A DNA stretch of 36,716 nucleotides from contig CANODD010000001.1 of assembly GCA_947564705.1 (NCBI GenBank), positions 1-36,716 of the forward strand, given 5' to 3'. Position numbers and translations under genes: made by a program. The notes beneath the pieces were generated by a model that had not been told where the DNA came from, did not search any database, and saw nothing but the letters and a program-made list of their open reading frames with translations. Source of the DNA: an uncultured Dorea sp. (lineage in GTDB: Bacteria > Bacillota > Clostridia > Lachnospirales > Lachnospiraceae). Shown here piece by piece: positions 27,172-35,994 of the stretch (its first letter is position 1; each line of letters starts with the position of its first letter).

Positions 27172-29049
27172 ATGAAATCTCTGGAAGAATTAAAAGCGAT
27201 AAGAGAAAAGAATCAAGGGGAGATCAACCTCCGTTCCGGACACGACATGGCAGGATCCAAATACCGTCTGCATGTTCTGGTATGCGGCGGAACCGGATGT
27301 ACTTCCTCCGGCAGCCAGAAGATCCGTGAAAGACTGGTAGAAGAGATTAAGAAAAACGGGCTGGAGGAAGAGGTCGCGGTAATAAAGACCGGTTGTTTTG
27401 GCCTGTGTGCGTTAGGCCCGATTATGATCGTATATCCGGAAGGCGCCTTTTACGCGATGGTGAAGGAAGAGGACATCCCGGAGATCGTGTCTGAGCATTT
27501 ATTAAAAGGAAATGTGGTAGAGCGTCTGCTGTATGATGAGACGGTGAAGGGGAATAACGAGATACTGCCGCTGCAGGAGACACAGTTCTACAAGAAGCAG
27601 CACAGGGTTGCGCTGCGTAACTGCGGCGCCATCAATCCTGAGAATATCGAAGAATATATCGGAACACGCGGCTATGAAGCCCTGGGTACGGTTCTGACGA
27701 CGAAGAAGCCTGAAGAGGTGATCCAGATTATCCTGGACAGCGGTCTTCGCGGACGCGGAGGTGCAGGATTCCCAACCGGACTTAAATGGAAATTCGCGGC
27801 GGCGAACCAGGCGGATCAGAAGTATGTGTGCTGTAACGCCGACGAAGGCGACCCGGGAGCATTCATGGACCGTTCCGTACTGGAAGGCGATCCCCACGTA
27901 GTGTTAGAGGCTATGGCGATCGCAGGATATGCCATCGGGGCGTCACAGGGATATATTTATGTCCGTGCAGAGTATCCCATCGCGGTAGACAGACTGAATA
28001 TCGCGATCAAGCAGGCAAGGGAGTACGGTCTCCTTGGCGAGGATATCTTCGGTACGGGATTCAAATTTGACATTGAGCTTCGTCTGGGCGCGGGCGCGTT
28101 CGTATGCGGTGAAGAGACTGCGCTTATGACGTCGATCGAAGGACACAGAGGAGAACCTCGTCCGCGTCCGCCGTTCCCGGCTTTGAAGGGGTTATTCCAG
28201 AAGCCGACGATACTGAATAACGTAGAGACGCTGGCGAATATTCCGCAGATCATCCTGAACGGCGCCGACTGGTTCGCAGGTATGGGAACCGAGAAGTCCA
28301 AGGGTACGAAGGTATTCGCTCTCGGCGGTAAGGTTAAGAATACGGGTCTTGTGGAGATCCCGATGGGAACAACCCTCCGGGAGATCGTAGAGGAGATCGG
28401 CGGAGGCATCCCGAACGGCAAGAAGTTCAAGGCGGCGCAGACCGGCGGTCCGTCCGGCGGATGTATTCCGGCAGAACAGTTTGATGTTCCTATCGACTAT
28501 GACAATCTGATCGCCATCGGTTCCATGATGGGTTCCGGCGGACTGATCGTTATGGACGAGGATACGTGTATGGTAGATATCGCGAAATTCTTCCTGGAAT
28601 TTACGGTAGACGAATCCTGCGGAAAATGTACACCGTGCCGTATCGGAACCAGGCGTATGCTGGAGATTCTGGAGAAGATTACCAACGGTCAGGGGACGAT
28701 GGAAGACCTGGATAAGCTTCAGGACCTGGCGGCACACTTGAAGTCAAATTCTCTGTGCGCCCTGGGACAGACCGCCCCGAACCCGGTACTTTCCACCTTA
28801 CGTTACTTTAAGGATGAATACATAGCGCATATCGTAGATAAGAAATGTCCGGCAGGCGTATGTAAGGCGCTTCTTTCCTACAAGATTGACGCAGATAAAT
28901 GTAAAGGCTGTACGTTATGTGCAAGGACTTGTCCGAACGACGCGATCACAGGTTCTGTCAGAGAGCCGCATGTGATCAATCAGGATAAGTGCGTGAAATG
29001 CGGCGCTTGTATGGAAAAATGTCGTTTCGGCGCGATCTATAAAGAGTAA
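27172..29049 (+). CDS. hydB: NuoF-like FMN/NAD-binding subunit of bifurcating-type [FeFe]-hydrogenase (HydB/HndC)
   Basis: N-terminal CGGTGC/GCFGLC [2Fe-2S] site, GRGGAGFPTG, NADEGDPGAFMDR, GAFVCGEETAL, ESCGKCTPCRIG, two C-terminal CxxCxxCxxxC motifs; GGGAGG RBS before ATG 27172. Confidence 0.93.
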   Translation: MKSLEELKAIREKNQGEINLRSGHDMAGSKYRLHVLVCGGTGCTSSGSQKIRERLVEEIKKNGLEEEVAVIKTGCFGLCALGPIMIVYPEGAFYAMVKEEDIPEIVSEHLLKGNVVERLLYDETVKGNNEILPLQETQFYKKQHRVALRNCGAINPENIEEYIGTRGYEALGTVLTTKKPEEVIQIILDSGLRGRGGAGFPTGLKWKFAAANQADQKYVCCNADEGDPGAFMDRSVLEGDPHVVLEAMAIAGYAIGASQGYIYVRAEYPIAVDRLNIAIKQAREYGLLGEDIFGTGFKFDIELRLGAGAFVCGEETALMTSIEGHRGEPRPRPPFPALKGLFQKPTILNNVETLANIPQIILNGADWFAGMGTEKSKGTKVFALGGKVKNTGLVEIPMGTTLREIVEEIGGGIPNGKKFKAAQTGGPSGGCIPAEQFDVPIDYDNLIAIGSMMGSGGLIVMDEDTCMVDIAKFFLEFTVDESCGKCTPCRIGTRRMLEILEKITNGQGTMEDLDKLQDLAAHLKSNSLCALGQTAPNPVLSTLRYFKDEYIAHIVDKKCPAGVCKALLSYKIDADKCKGCTLCARTCPNDAITGSVREPHVINQDKCVKCGACMEKCRFGAIYKE

Positions 29050-29055
29050 TGGAGG

Positions 29056-30807
29056 ATGGAGAATATGGAAAATATTAATCTTAAAATCAATGGTCTTGAC
29101 GTATCCGCTCCTGCAGGCTCTACAATTCTTGAAGCGGCGCATCTTGCAGGAATCAGGATACCGACGCTGTGTTATCTGAAGGAAATCAACGAGATCGGCG
29201 CATGCCGTATGTGTATCGTTGAGGTGAAGGGAGCCAGGAATCTGGTGGCTGCCTGTGTACATCCGGTCAATGAGGGGATGGAAGTATACACGAATACCCC
29301 GAAACTGATCGCGTCCAGGAAGAAGACGCTGCAGCTTCTGCTTTCCAATCATGATAAGAAGTGTCTGTCATGTGTTAGAAGCGGAAACTGTGAACTGCAG
29401 CAGTTATGCCATGAGTATGGCGTGGAGGATGAGGATTTCTATGAGGGCGAGATGAATCATTATGAACTGGATGATTCCGCGGCTCATATGATCCGTGATA
29501 ATAATAAATGTATCTTATGCCGCCGCTGTGTCGCCGTATGTGAGAAGACACAGGGAATCGGCGTGATCGGGCCGAATAACAGGGGATTTGCCACAATGAT
29601 CGGCTCCGCGTTCCATATGGGATTAGGAGAGACAAGCTGCGTATCCTGCGGTCAGTGTATCGCTGTCTGTCCTACCGGCGCGCTGTATGAGAAGGATTAT
29701 ACGAACCAGATTATCGAGGCAATCGCAGATCCGGAGAAATACGTGGTTGTACAGACCGCTCCGTCTGTCCGTGCAGGTCTGGGAGAGGAATTCGGCTATC
29801 CTATGGGAACAGATGTAGAGGGCAAGATGGCGGCAGCCCTGAGAAGACTCGGCTTTGACAAGGTCTTCGATACGGACTGGGCGGCAGACCTTACTATTAT
29901 GGAAGAAGCGAACGAATTATTGGATCGGATCAAGAACGGCGGCGTACTTCCGATGATTACCTCCTGTTCACCGGGATGGATCAAGTACTGCGAGCACTAC
30001 TTCCCGGATATGACAGAGAATCTGTCGACATGCAAATCTCCGCAGCAGATGTTCGGCGCGATGCTGAAGACATATTTTGCAGAGAAGGAGGGCATCGATC
30101 CAAAGAATATCGTATCTGTCAGTGTAATGCCCTGTACGGCGAAGAAGTTTGAGATCGGAAGAGACGACCAGAGCGCGGCGGGTGTTCCGGATGTAGACAT
30201 CGCGATTACCACCAGGGAACTTGCAAGACTCATTAAGCGCTGCGGTATCGAATTTACGAAGCTTCCAGATGAAGGCTTTGATAACCCGATGGGCGAGTCC
30301 ACCGGCGCAGGCGTCATCTTCGGAGCTACCGGCGGTGTTATGGAGGCGGCTCTTCGTACGGCGGTGGAGACTCTGACAGGCGAGGAACTTGCGAATCTGG
30401 AATTCACAGACGTGCGCGGGACGCAGGGGATTAAAGAGGCTTCTTACAATGTGGCAGGCATGGATGTGAAGGTTGCGGTTGCTTCAGGACTCGGCAATGC
30501 AAGAGAACTGCTTAACAAAGTAAAGGCAGGCGAGGCGGATTATCATTTCATCGAGATCATGGGATGTCCGGGCGGATGTGTCAATGGCGGCGGCCAGCCC
30601 CAGGTATCAGGCGATGTCCGCAACTTCACGGATGTCCGCGGTATCCGTGCGGGCGTGCTGTACCGCAATGACGCGGAGAAGACAATCCGTAAGTCACATG
30701 AGAATCCGGAGATCAAGAAGCTCTATGAAGAGTATCTTGGAGCGCCGGGAAGCCATAAGGCACATGAGACGTTACATACCAGCTATGTGAAGAGAACAGT
30801 GAATTAA
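29056..30807 (+). CDS. hydA: [FeFe]-hydrogenase catalytic subunit, group A3-type (HydA/HndD)
   Basis: N-terminal 2Fe-2S, His-ligated 4Fe-4S (HDKKCLSC) and two ferredoxin motifs; H-cluster motifs TSCSPGW, MPCTAKKFE, EIMGCPGGCVNGGGQP. Confidence 0.95.
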   Translation: MENMENINLKINGLDVSAPAGSTILEAAHLAGIRIPTLCYLKEINEIGACRMCIVEVKGARNLVAACVHPVNEGMEVYTNTPKLIASRKKTLQLLLSNHDKKCLSCVRSGNCELQQLCHEYGVEDEDFYEGEMNHYELDDSAAHMIRDNNKCILCRRCVAVCEKTQGIGVIGPNNRGFATMIGSAFHMGLGETSCVSCGQCIAVCPTGALYEKDYTNQIIEAIADPEKYVVVQTAPSVRAGLGEEFGYPMGTDVEGKMAAALRRLGFDKVFDTDWAADLTIMEEANELLDRIKNGGVLPMITSCSPGWIKYCEHYFPDMTENLSTCKSPQQMFGAMLKTYFAEKEGIDPKNIVSVSVMPCTAKKFEIGRDDQSAAGVPDVDIAITTRELARLIKRCGIEFTKLPDEGFDNPMGESTGAGVIFGATGGVMEAALRTAVETLTGEELANLEFTDVRGTQGIKEASYNVAGMDVKVAVASGLGNARELLNKVKAGEADYHFIEIMGCPGGCVNGGGQPQVSGDVRNFTDVRGIRAGVLYRNDAEKTIRKSHENPEIKKLYEEYLGAPGSHKAHETLHTSYVKRTVN

Positions 30808-30824
30808 ATAGAATGGTTGTTGGG

Positions 30825-30880
30825 AACAGCGCCCTGCTTCATCTGAAGCGGAGGCGCTGTTTTTTAAGGCGCTGTTTTTT
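30825..30880 (+). terminator. Intrinsic terminator of hydCBA with a duplicated 3' arm
   Basis: AACAGCGCC...GGCGCTGTT followed by TTTT; AGGCGCTGTTTTTT occurs twice (30852 and 30867). Confidence 0.85.
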
Positions 30881-30892
30881 ATGAAAAATAGG

Positions 30893-30921
30893 TTGAGCAG
30901 GCATTTGTGTTTTGCTATAAT
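30893..30921 (+). promoter_or_regulatory. Sigma-A promoter of the hydS operon
   Basis: TTGAGC-N17-TATAAT with extended TG. Confidence 0.7.
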
Positions 30922-30986
30922 AGGAGGAGTGAAAATAAAGGGGAAAGCAGATAAATACATTACAGGATAAGGAGGACGAAGACAAG

Positions 30987-32699
30987 ATGCGGGTAATTGA
31001 TTTTAAAGACGCAAGCTGCAGGCACTGTTATAAGTGCGTGCGCAATTGCGAGGTAAAAGCGATCTCGGTGGAGAATGAGCAGGCGCATATCATGAAGGAC
31101 CACTGTATTAACTGCGGGCACTGTCTGGAGGTTTGTCCGCAGAATGCGAAGACGTTCGCAAGCGATATGGATCGTGTGAAGGGATATCTGAGGCAGGGGA
31201 TGAAGGTGATCATCTCTATCGCGCCGTCTTATCTGGGAGTCCTGGAATATGATAAGCCGGGGCAGGTAGTGGACGCCCTGAAGCGCCTGGGATTCTATGA
31301 GGTGCGGGAGACGGCGGAGGGAGCGGCCCTTGTCACGAAGGAGTATGCGCGGCTGCTTGAGGAGAAGCAGATGAAGAATATTATCACTACATGCTGTCCG
31401 AGTGTCAACGACCTGATTGAGAAATATTATCCGTCGCTGGTATCTATGATGGCTCCGGTCGTATCTCCGATGGTAGCCCACGGCCGTCTGATCAAAAGTA
31501 TTTATGGGGAGGATGTAAAGGCGGTATTCTTAGGTCCATGCATTGCCAAGAAAGAAGAGGCGATCGGGGACGAGCGTGTGAGGGGAGCGATCGACGCGAT
31601 CCTGACTTTTGAAGAGATCACCGGGTGGTGGAAAGAGGAGGGGATCGATATCCATCAGTGCGAGGACCAGCCCATGGGCAATCCAAGCCCGAAGGTGAAC
31701 CGCCTCTATCCCATCAGCGGGGGAGTGATCCAGTCTGTTCTGGCAGGTACGGCGGAGGAGCAGTATTATAAAGTACATATTGACGGATTGAAGAATTGTA
31801 TGGAATTATTCAGCGAACTGGAGAAAGGCGAGATACAGAGCTGCTTCTTCGAGGTAAATGTCTGTGAAGGCGGATGTATCAAAGGGCCGGCTTCGGATAA
31901 ATGGCAGCAGTCTATGGTTCGCGCGAAGATGGATATCGAAAAACAGGTGCTCCACAGAGAAGAGGCAGAAGGAATAGACGGAGCAAGCCTGGATCTGCAT
32001 AAGACCTTTATCGACAGGCACGTGGTAGATCAGCAGCCCTCCGAACAGGAGATGCAGGAGGTTCTGCACGCTATGGGGAAATACACCAAAGAGGACGAAT
32101 TAAACTGCGGAGCCTGCGGCTATGCGACCTGCCGGGCGAAAGCGGCAGCGGTGTTCCAGAAGAAAGCGGAGATTGGAATGTGTCTTCCATATGCCCTTGC
32201 CCAGGCAGAGTCCATGTCCAATATCGTCATGGATGTGACGCCGAGTATGATCATGATTGTGGATAAGGATATGCGTATCCGGGAATGCAATAAAAAGGCT
32301 ATGGAAATGCTTGGCGTGTCACGGGAAGAGGCTCTGGAACGTTATATTTTTGAATTTATAGACGATAAAGATATCATGGAGGTGCTGACGTCAAAGGGAC
32401 AGATCATTCATAAGAAGATGAATCTGGATACCGTGAAGCTTAAGGTGGTAGAGACGATTATCTATATCGACAGTCTGGAATCTGTTCTTGTGACCTATCA
32501 GGATATTACGAAGGAAGAGAAGGCGAAGGAGCAGCACTATAACCTGAAGATGGAAACGGTGGAGATGGCGCAGAAGGTTATTGATAAGCAGATGATGGTT
32601 GCCCAGGAGATTGCAGGATTATTGGGGGAGACGACGGCAGAGACGAAGGTAACCCTGTCTAAGCTTAGAGATTCTATTCTGTTTGAAGAGGAAGAATAA
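30987..32699 (+). CDS. hydS: PAS-domain sensory [FeFe]-hydrogenase (HydS/HfsB-like, group C)
   Basis: Two N-terminal 4Fe-4S motifs; divergent H-cluster motifs TTCCPS, GPCIAKKEE, EVNVCEGGCIKGP; FeS domain NCGACGYATC; PAS (IMIVDKDMRIRECN); tail QMMVAQEIAGLLGETTAETK; AAGGAGG RBS. Confidence 0.9.
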   Translation: MRVIDFKDASCRHCYKCVRNCEVKAISVENEQAHIMKDHCINCGHCLEVCPQNAKTFASDMDRVKGYLRQGMKVIISIAPSYLGVLEYDKPGQVVDALKRLGFYEVRETAEGAALVTKEYARLLEEKQMKNIITTCCPSVNDLIEKYYPSLVSMMAPVVSPMVAHGRLIKSIYGEDVKAVFLGPCIAKKEEAIGDERVRGAIDAILTFEEITGWWKEEGIDIHQCEDQPMGNPSPKVNRLYPISGGVIQSVLAGTAEEQYYKVHIDGLKNCMELFSELEKGEIQSCFFEVNVCEGGCIKGPASDKWQQSMVRAKMDIEKQVLHREEAEGIDGASLDLHKTFIDRHVVDQQPSEQEMQEVLHAMGKYTKEDELNCGACGYATCRAKAAAVFQKKAEIGMCLPYALAQAESMSNIVMDVTPSMIMIVDKDMRIRECNKKAMEMLGVSREEALERYIFEFIDDKDIMEVLTSKGQIIHKKMNLDTVKLKVVETIIYIDSLESVLVTYQDITKEEKAKEQHYNLKMETVEMAQKVIDKQMMVAQEIAGLLGETTAETKVTLSKLRDSILFEEEE

Positions 32700-32700
32700 T

Positions 32701-33873
32701 ATGAGTGTGAGTGTGGATATATCATGGAAAAGCCTGAACAAGCACGGGGAAGAATTGTGCGGGGACAAGGTAGAGGTATTGAAGACAAAGGATTCGGAGA
32801 TCGTGATACTGGCGGACGGTATGGGAAGCGGGGTAAAGGCGAATATTCTGGCTACGCTTACATCTAAGATCCTGGGAACGATGTTCCGGGAGGGGGCGTC
32901 AATCGAGTCCTGTGTCGGGACCATTGCGAAGACGCTTCCGGTATGCAAGGTCAGGGAAGTAGCTTACGCCACATTCAGTATTCTGCAGATATTTCACAAC
33001 GGAGAGGCGTATCTGGTAGAATTTGACAATCCTTTGTGTATCTTTGTAAGGGACGGAAAGATTATGAATTATCCTTATAAAGAAAGGGTGATTGAAGGGA
33101 AGAAGATTCGGGAATACCGTTTCGACGTGAGACTGAAGGATTGTTTTGTGCTGATGAGCGACGGTGTGATCTGGGCCGGTGAAGGAGAACTCATGAATCT
33201 CGGCTGGACCTGGGAGGATATGGCGGACTATACGCTGAAATGTACGAAGCAGACTCTGTCTTCGTCCCGCCTGGCGGCGATGCTAAGCCAATTATGCGAC
33301 GACCTGTACGGCAATAAGCCCGGAGACGATACGACGGTTGCCGTGGCGAGGGTGATCGAGCGCCGGATCGTCAATATATTCACGGGACCTCCGACACATA
33401 AGGAAGATGACGAAAGAGTGGTCCGTGACTTCATGAAGCAGGAGGGGAAGAAAGTCGTCTGCGGCGGTACCAGCGCCAATATCACGTCACGGGTATTGAA
33501 GAGGGAGATTGTGACCTCGGTGAATTACGCAGATCCGACGGTGCCTCCGATGGCGACGATAGAAGGAATGGATCTTGTGACAGAGGGAGTCCTGACTATA
33601 GGAAAATCATTAGGGCTTTTGAAGCGCTATGAGAACGACGAATTCGACGAGGCATTCTTTGATGAACTGGATGCGGATAACGGGGCGGCGAAGCTTGCGA
33701 AACTAATTATAGAAGAATGTACGCAGTTGAATCTGTTTGTGGGAAAAGCGATGAACGTGGCGCACAAGAATTCGAATCTGCCTTTTGACTTAAGCGTCAG
33801 GATGAATCTGGTAGAGCAGTTGAAAGAATGCGCAGAGAATCTGGGCAAGGCCGTGAATGTAAGATATTATTAA
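32701..33873 (+). CDS. SpoIIE/PP2C-family Ser/Thr protein phosphatase (HfsC-like)
   Basis: ELCGD, LADGMGSG, MSDGV and GDDTT metal-binding motifs; starts 2 nt after the hydS stop. Confidence 0.9.
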   Translation: MSVSVDISWKSLNKHGEELCGDKVEVLKTKDSEIVILADGMGSGVKANILATLTSKILGTMFREGASIESCVGTIAKTLPVCKVREVAYATFSILQIFHNGEAYLVEFDNPLCIFVRDGKIMNYPYKERVIEGKKIREYRFDVRLKDCFVLMSDGVIWAGEGELMNLGWTWEDMADYTLKCTKQTLSSSRLAAMLSQLCDDLYGNKPGDDTTVAVARVIERRIVNIFTGPPTHKEDDERVVRDFMKQEGKKVVCGGTSANITSRVLKREIVTSVNYADPTVPPMATIEGMDLVTEGVLTIGKSLGLLKRYENDEFDEAFFDELDADNGAAKLAKLIIEECTQLNLFVGKAMNVAHKNSNLPFDLSVRMNLVEQLKECAENLGKAVNVRYY

Positions 33874-33902
33874 TGACTATAAAAGGAAAGAGGATTAGCA
33901 AA

Positions 33903-34958
33903 ATGAAACAGATTTTTGGAAAAAGCCAAAGCGGAAATTTAAAAGAAGCAGTCCGCGGAATCAGCAGGCCGCAATTTTTGATGTTATTTTCTAACGGAGA
34001 TCAGTTTGAGGCTCATGTAAAAGAGTTGGAGGAGCTGTATCCGGAAGTTCCAAGCATCGGATGTATCGGTATGAGTTATGATACGAAGGTGGTGGAAAAA
34101 GGGGTAGGCGTGATTGCGTTCTCGGACGGAGTAATCGCGGCGGCAAATGTACTGGAAGAGGCGTCAAGCATGCCTGTCAAATATATCGGCCGGTTAGAGA
34201 AGGATGTGAATCAGGTAAACGGTTCTCACGAAGATACCGTCTGCATCGATTTTTGTTCCGGAAACGACGCCTGTGTGCTGACCACGCTTCATTCGGTACT
34301 GAAACACAGGAGGATTTCTCTGGTAGGGGGAACCGGAGATGCGGGAAAAGTGTCGGCTAACGGGGAGATCTATGAGGACGCCGTGGCCTATGCCGTGGTC
34401 AAGAATCAGAAGGGCAAGGTAAAAACTTATAAAGAGAATATCTACAGACAGATGGAAAATTACCGGTTCATTGCGTCGCAGACGGATAAAACTCAGTACA
34501 AATTAGGTGCTTTAAACGGCAAACCGGCAAAGCAGGTGTATCAGGATATCCTCAATGTGTCGGAGCAGGAGATTACGACACAGACTTTTAAGAATCCTTT
34601 CGGCAAATTGAACGGCGACGATACCTGTATTATATCCATAAAAGAAGTGAGCGGCAACGCGCTGACATGTTTCAGGCAGGTCAATGATTCAGACGTCCTG
34701 GTGCTGCTGGAGCTGGGAGATTACAGAGCGATCATAAACGATACGATCCGCATGATACAGCAGGATTTTTCAAAGATATCGGCGATATTCTCTGTAAACT
34801 GCCTGTTCCGGTATCTGTTGTTCACGCAGAATAATTATATGCAGGAATACTTGAATGATATGAGCAGGCTGGGAAATCATGCGGGTCTTGTCGGATATGG
34901 GGAGCATTATAATAATCGGTTTGTCAATCAGTCTATGACTTGCGTCGTATTTGAGTAA
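33903..34958 (+). CDS. FIST-domain sensory protein (FIST_N plus FIST_C)
   Basis: PSIGC, LVGGTG, LNGKPAKQVY, VNCLFR and GYGEHY match the FIST architecture; soluble; no output domain. Confidence 0.8.
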   Translation: MKQIFGKSQSGNLKEAVRGISRPQFLMLFSNGDQFEAHVKELEELYPEVPSIGCIGMSYDTKVVEKGVGVIAFSDGVIAAANVLEEASSMPVKYIGRLEKDVNQVNGSHEDTVCIDFCSGNDACVLTTLHSVLKHRRISLVGGTGDAGKVSANGEIYEDAVAYAVVKNQKGKVKTYKENIYRQMENYRFIASQTDKTQYKLGALNGKPAKQVYQDILNVSEQEITTQTFKNPFGKLNGDDTCIISIKEVSGNALTCFRQVNDSDVLVLLELGDYRAIINDTIRMIQQDFSKISAIFSVNCLFRYLLFTQNNYMQEYLNDMSRLGNHAGLVGYGEHYNNRFVNQSMTCVVFE

Positions 34959-34973
34959 AGGGGGAAAAGAGAC

Positions 34974-35924
34974 ATGTTTTTTGGGAAAAGAAATCATAAA
35001 GAGACCAGTGCGGCTGCTGAAGGCATGGACAGTCTGAATCCGGTACTGCACGTAATGGATACGCTGAAGGATTATCACAAAGATATTGTGCAAAAGGAAG
35101 TAGATTCTCTGCGGGAATTGAACGAAATCAGGATGTCTTTCGGAGGTGTACTGAAGGAGACGGAGAGCTTTCAGGAAAGACTGCAGGATTTTGAGCAGAA
35201 CTTTTCGAGTATAGAGCAGGTCTCCGGCGAATTTGTGGCGGTGAAGGATACGATAACCCAATCGGTGACTCATGCGCAGAGCGAGGTAGAGGAATTAAGG
35301 ACTACTTCCGAACAGGTCGCGGCATATTTCAGTGAGATGGAGCAGACATTTGAAAGTCTGCAGAAAGCGGTAGAGACGATAAGGCAGTGTACCGATAAGA
35401 TCGTATCGATTGCCGATCAGACGAATCTCCTCGCGATCAACGCCTCTATAGAAGCGGCGCGCGCCGGTGAACACGGGAAGGGATTTGCGGTCGTGGCGGT
35501 GGAGGTTAAGAAGCTGGCCGATGAGATCAAGAGCCTGACCGGGGAGGTGGGTTCCGGTATCCAGGCGGTGGAGCAGGGAACAGAGCATCTAAACGGCAGC
35601 ATCAATATTTCTCAGAACGCATTGAAAGAAAGTATTGATAAGGTGCAGGACACATATGATATGTTTGACGAGATTACCCGGGCAGCGGAAGGGACGACGA
35701 CCGTACATACAGAGATCTCCGATGTGATCAGCCAGTCAAAATCAGGGCTTCAGGTTCTGTGCGGATTCTTTGACCGGGTAAAAGGTCAGTATCAGGAAGT
35801 TGTGAAGCATATCAATAAAGCTGCCAGGCTGGGGACGACGAAGAGCGCTATGTTCGAAGACGTGGATAATATGATGTCTCAGATTCCGCCTGTTATAAAA
35901 GATTATACGTCTCATCATAAATAA
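34974..35924 (+). CDS. Soluble methyl-accepting chemotaxis protein (signalling domain only)
   Basis: Hairpin tip [37 protein letters not shown]; no TM segment or sensor domain. Confidence 0.92.
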   Translation: MFFGKRNHKETSAAAEGMDSLNPVLHVMDTLKDYHKDIVQKEVDSLRELNEIRMSFGGVLKETESFQERLQDFEQNFSSIEQVSGEFVAVKDTITQSVTHAQSEVEELRTTSEQVAAYFSEMEQTFESLQKAVETIRQCTDKIVSIADQTNLLAINASIEAARAGEHGKGFAVVAVEVKKLADEIKSLTGEVGSGIQAVEQGTEHLNGSINISQNALKESIDKVQDTYDMFDEITRAAEGTTTVHTEISDVISQSKSGLQVLCGFFDRVKGQYQEVVKHINKAARLGTTKSAMFEDVDNMMSQIPPVIKDYTSHHK

Positions 35925-35932
35925 TGCTATGA

Positions 35933-35985
35933 GGCTGTTGCAAAATGTAAAGATTCCGCGCTGTTTTGCAACAGCCCCAGTTTTT
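35933..35985. terminator. Inverted repeat between the convergent MCP gene and aroA
   Basis: GGCTGTTGCAAAA-18 nt-TTTTGCAACAGCC, followed shortly by a T run. Confidence 0.7.
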
Positions 35986-35994
35986 ATATAAGGA

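Noticed and set aside
26655-29049. nuoE/nuoF as respiratory complex I
   Set aside because: No membrane nuo genes, and they are followed by an H-cluster subunit, so they are hydrogenase subunits.
32701-33873. Sporulation gene spoIIE
   Set aside because: It lacks the N-terminal membrane domain and is the soluble phosphatase typically paired with HydS.
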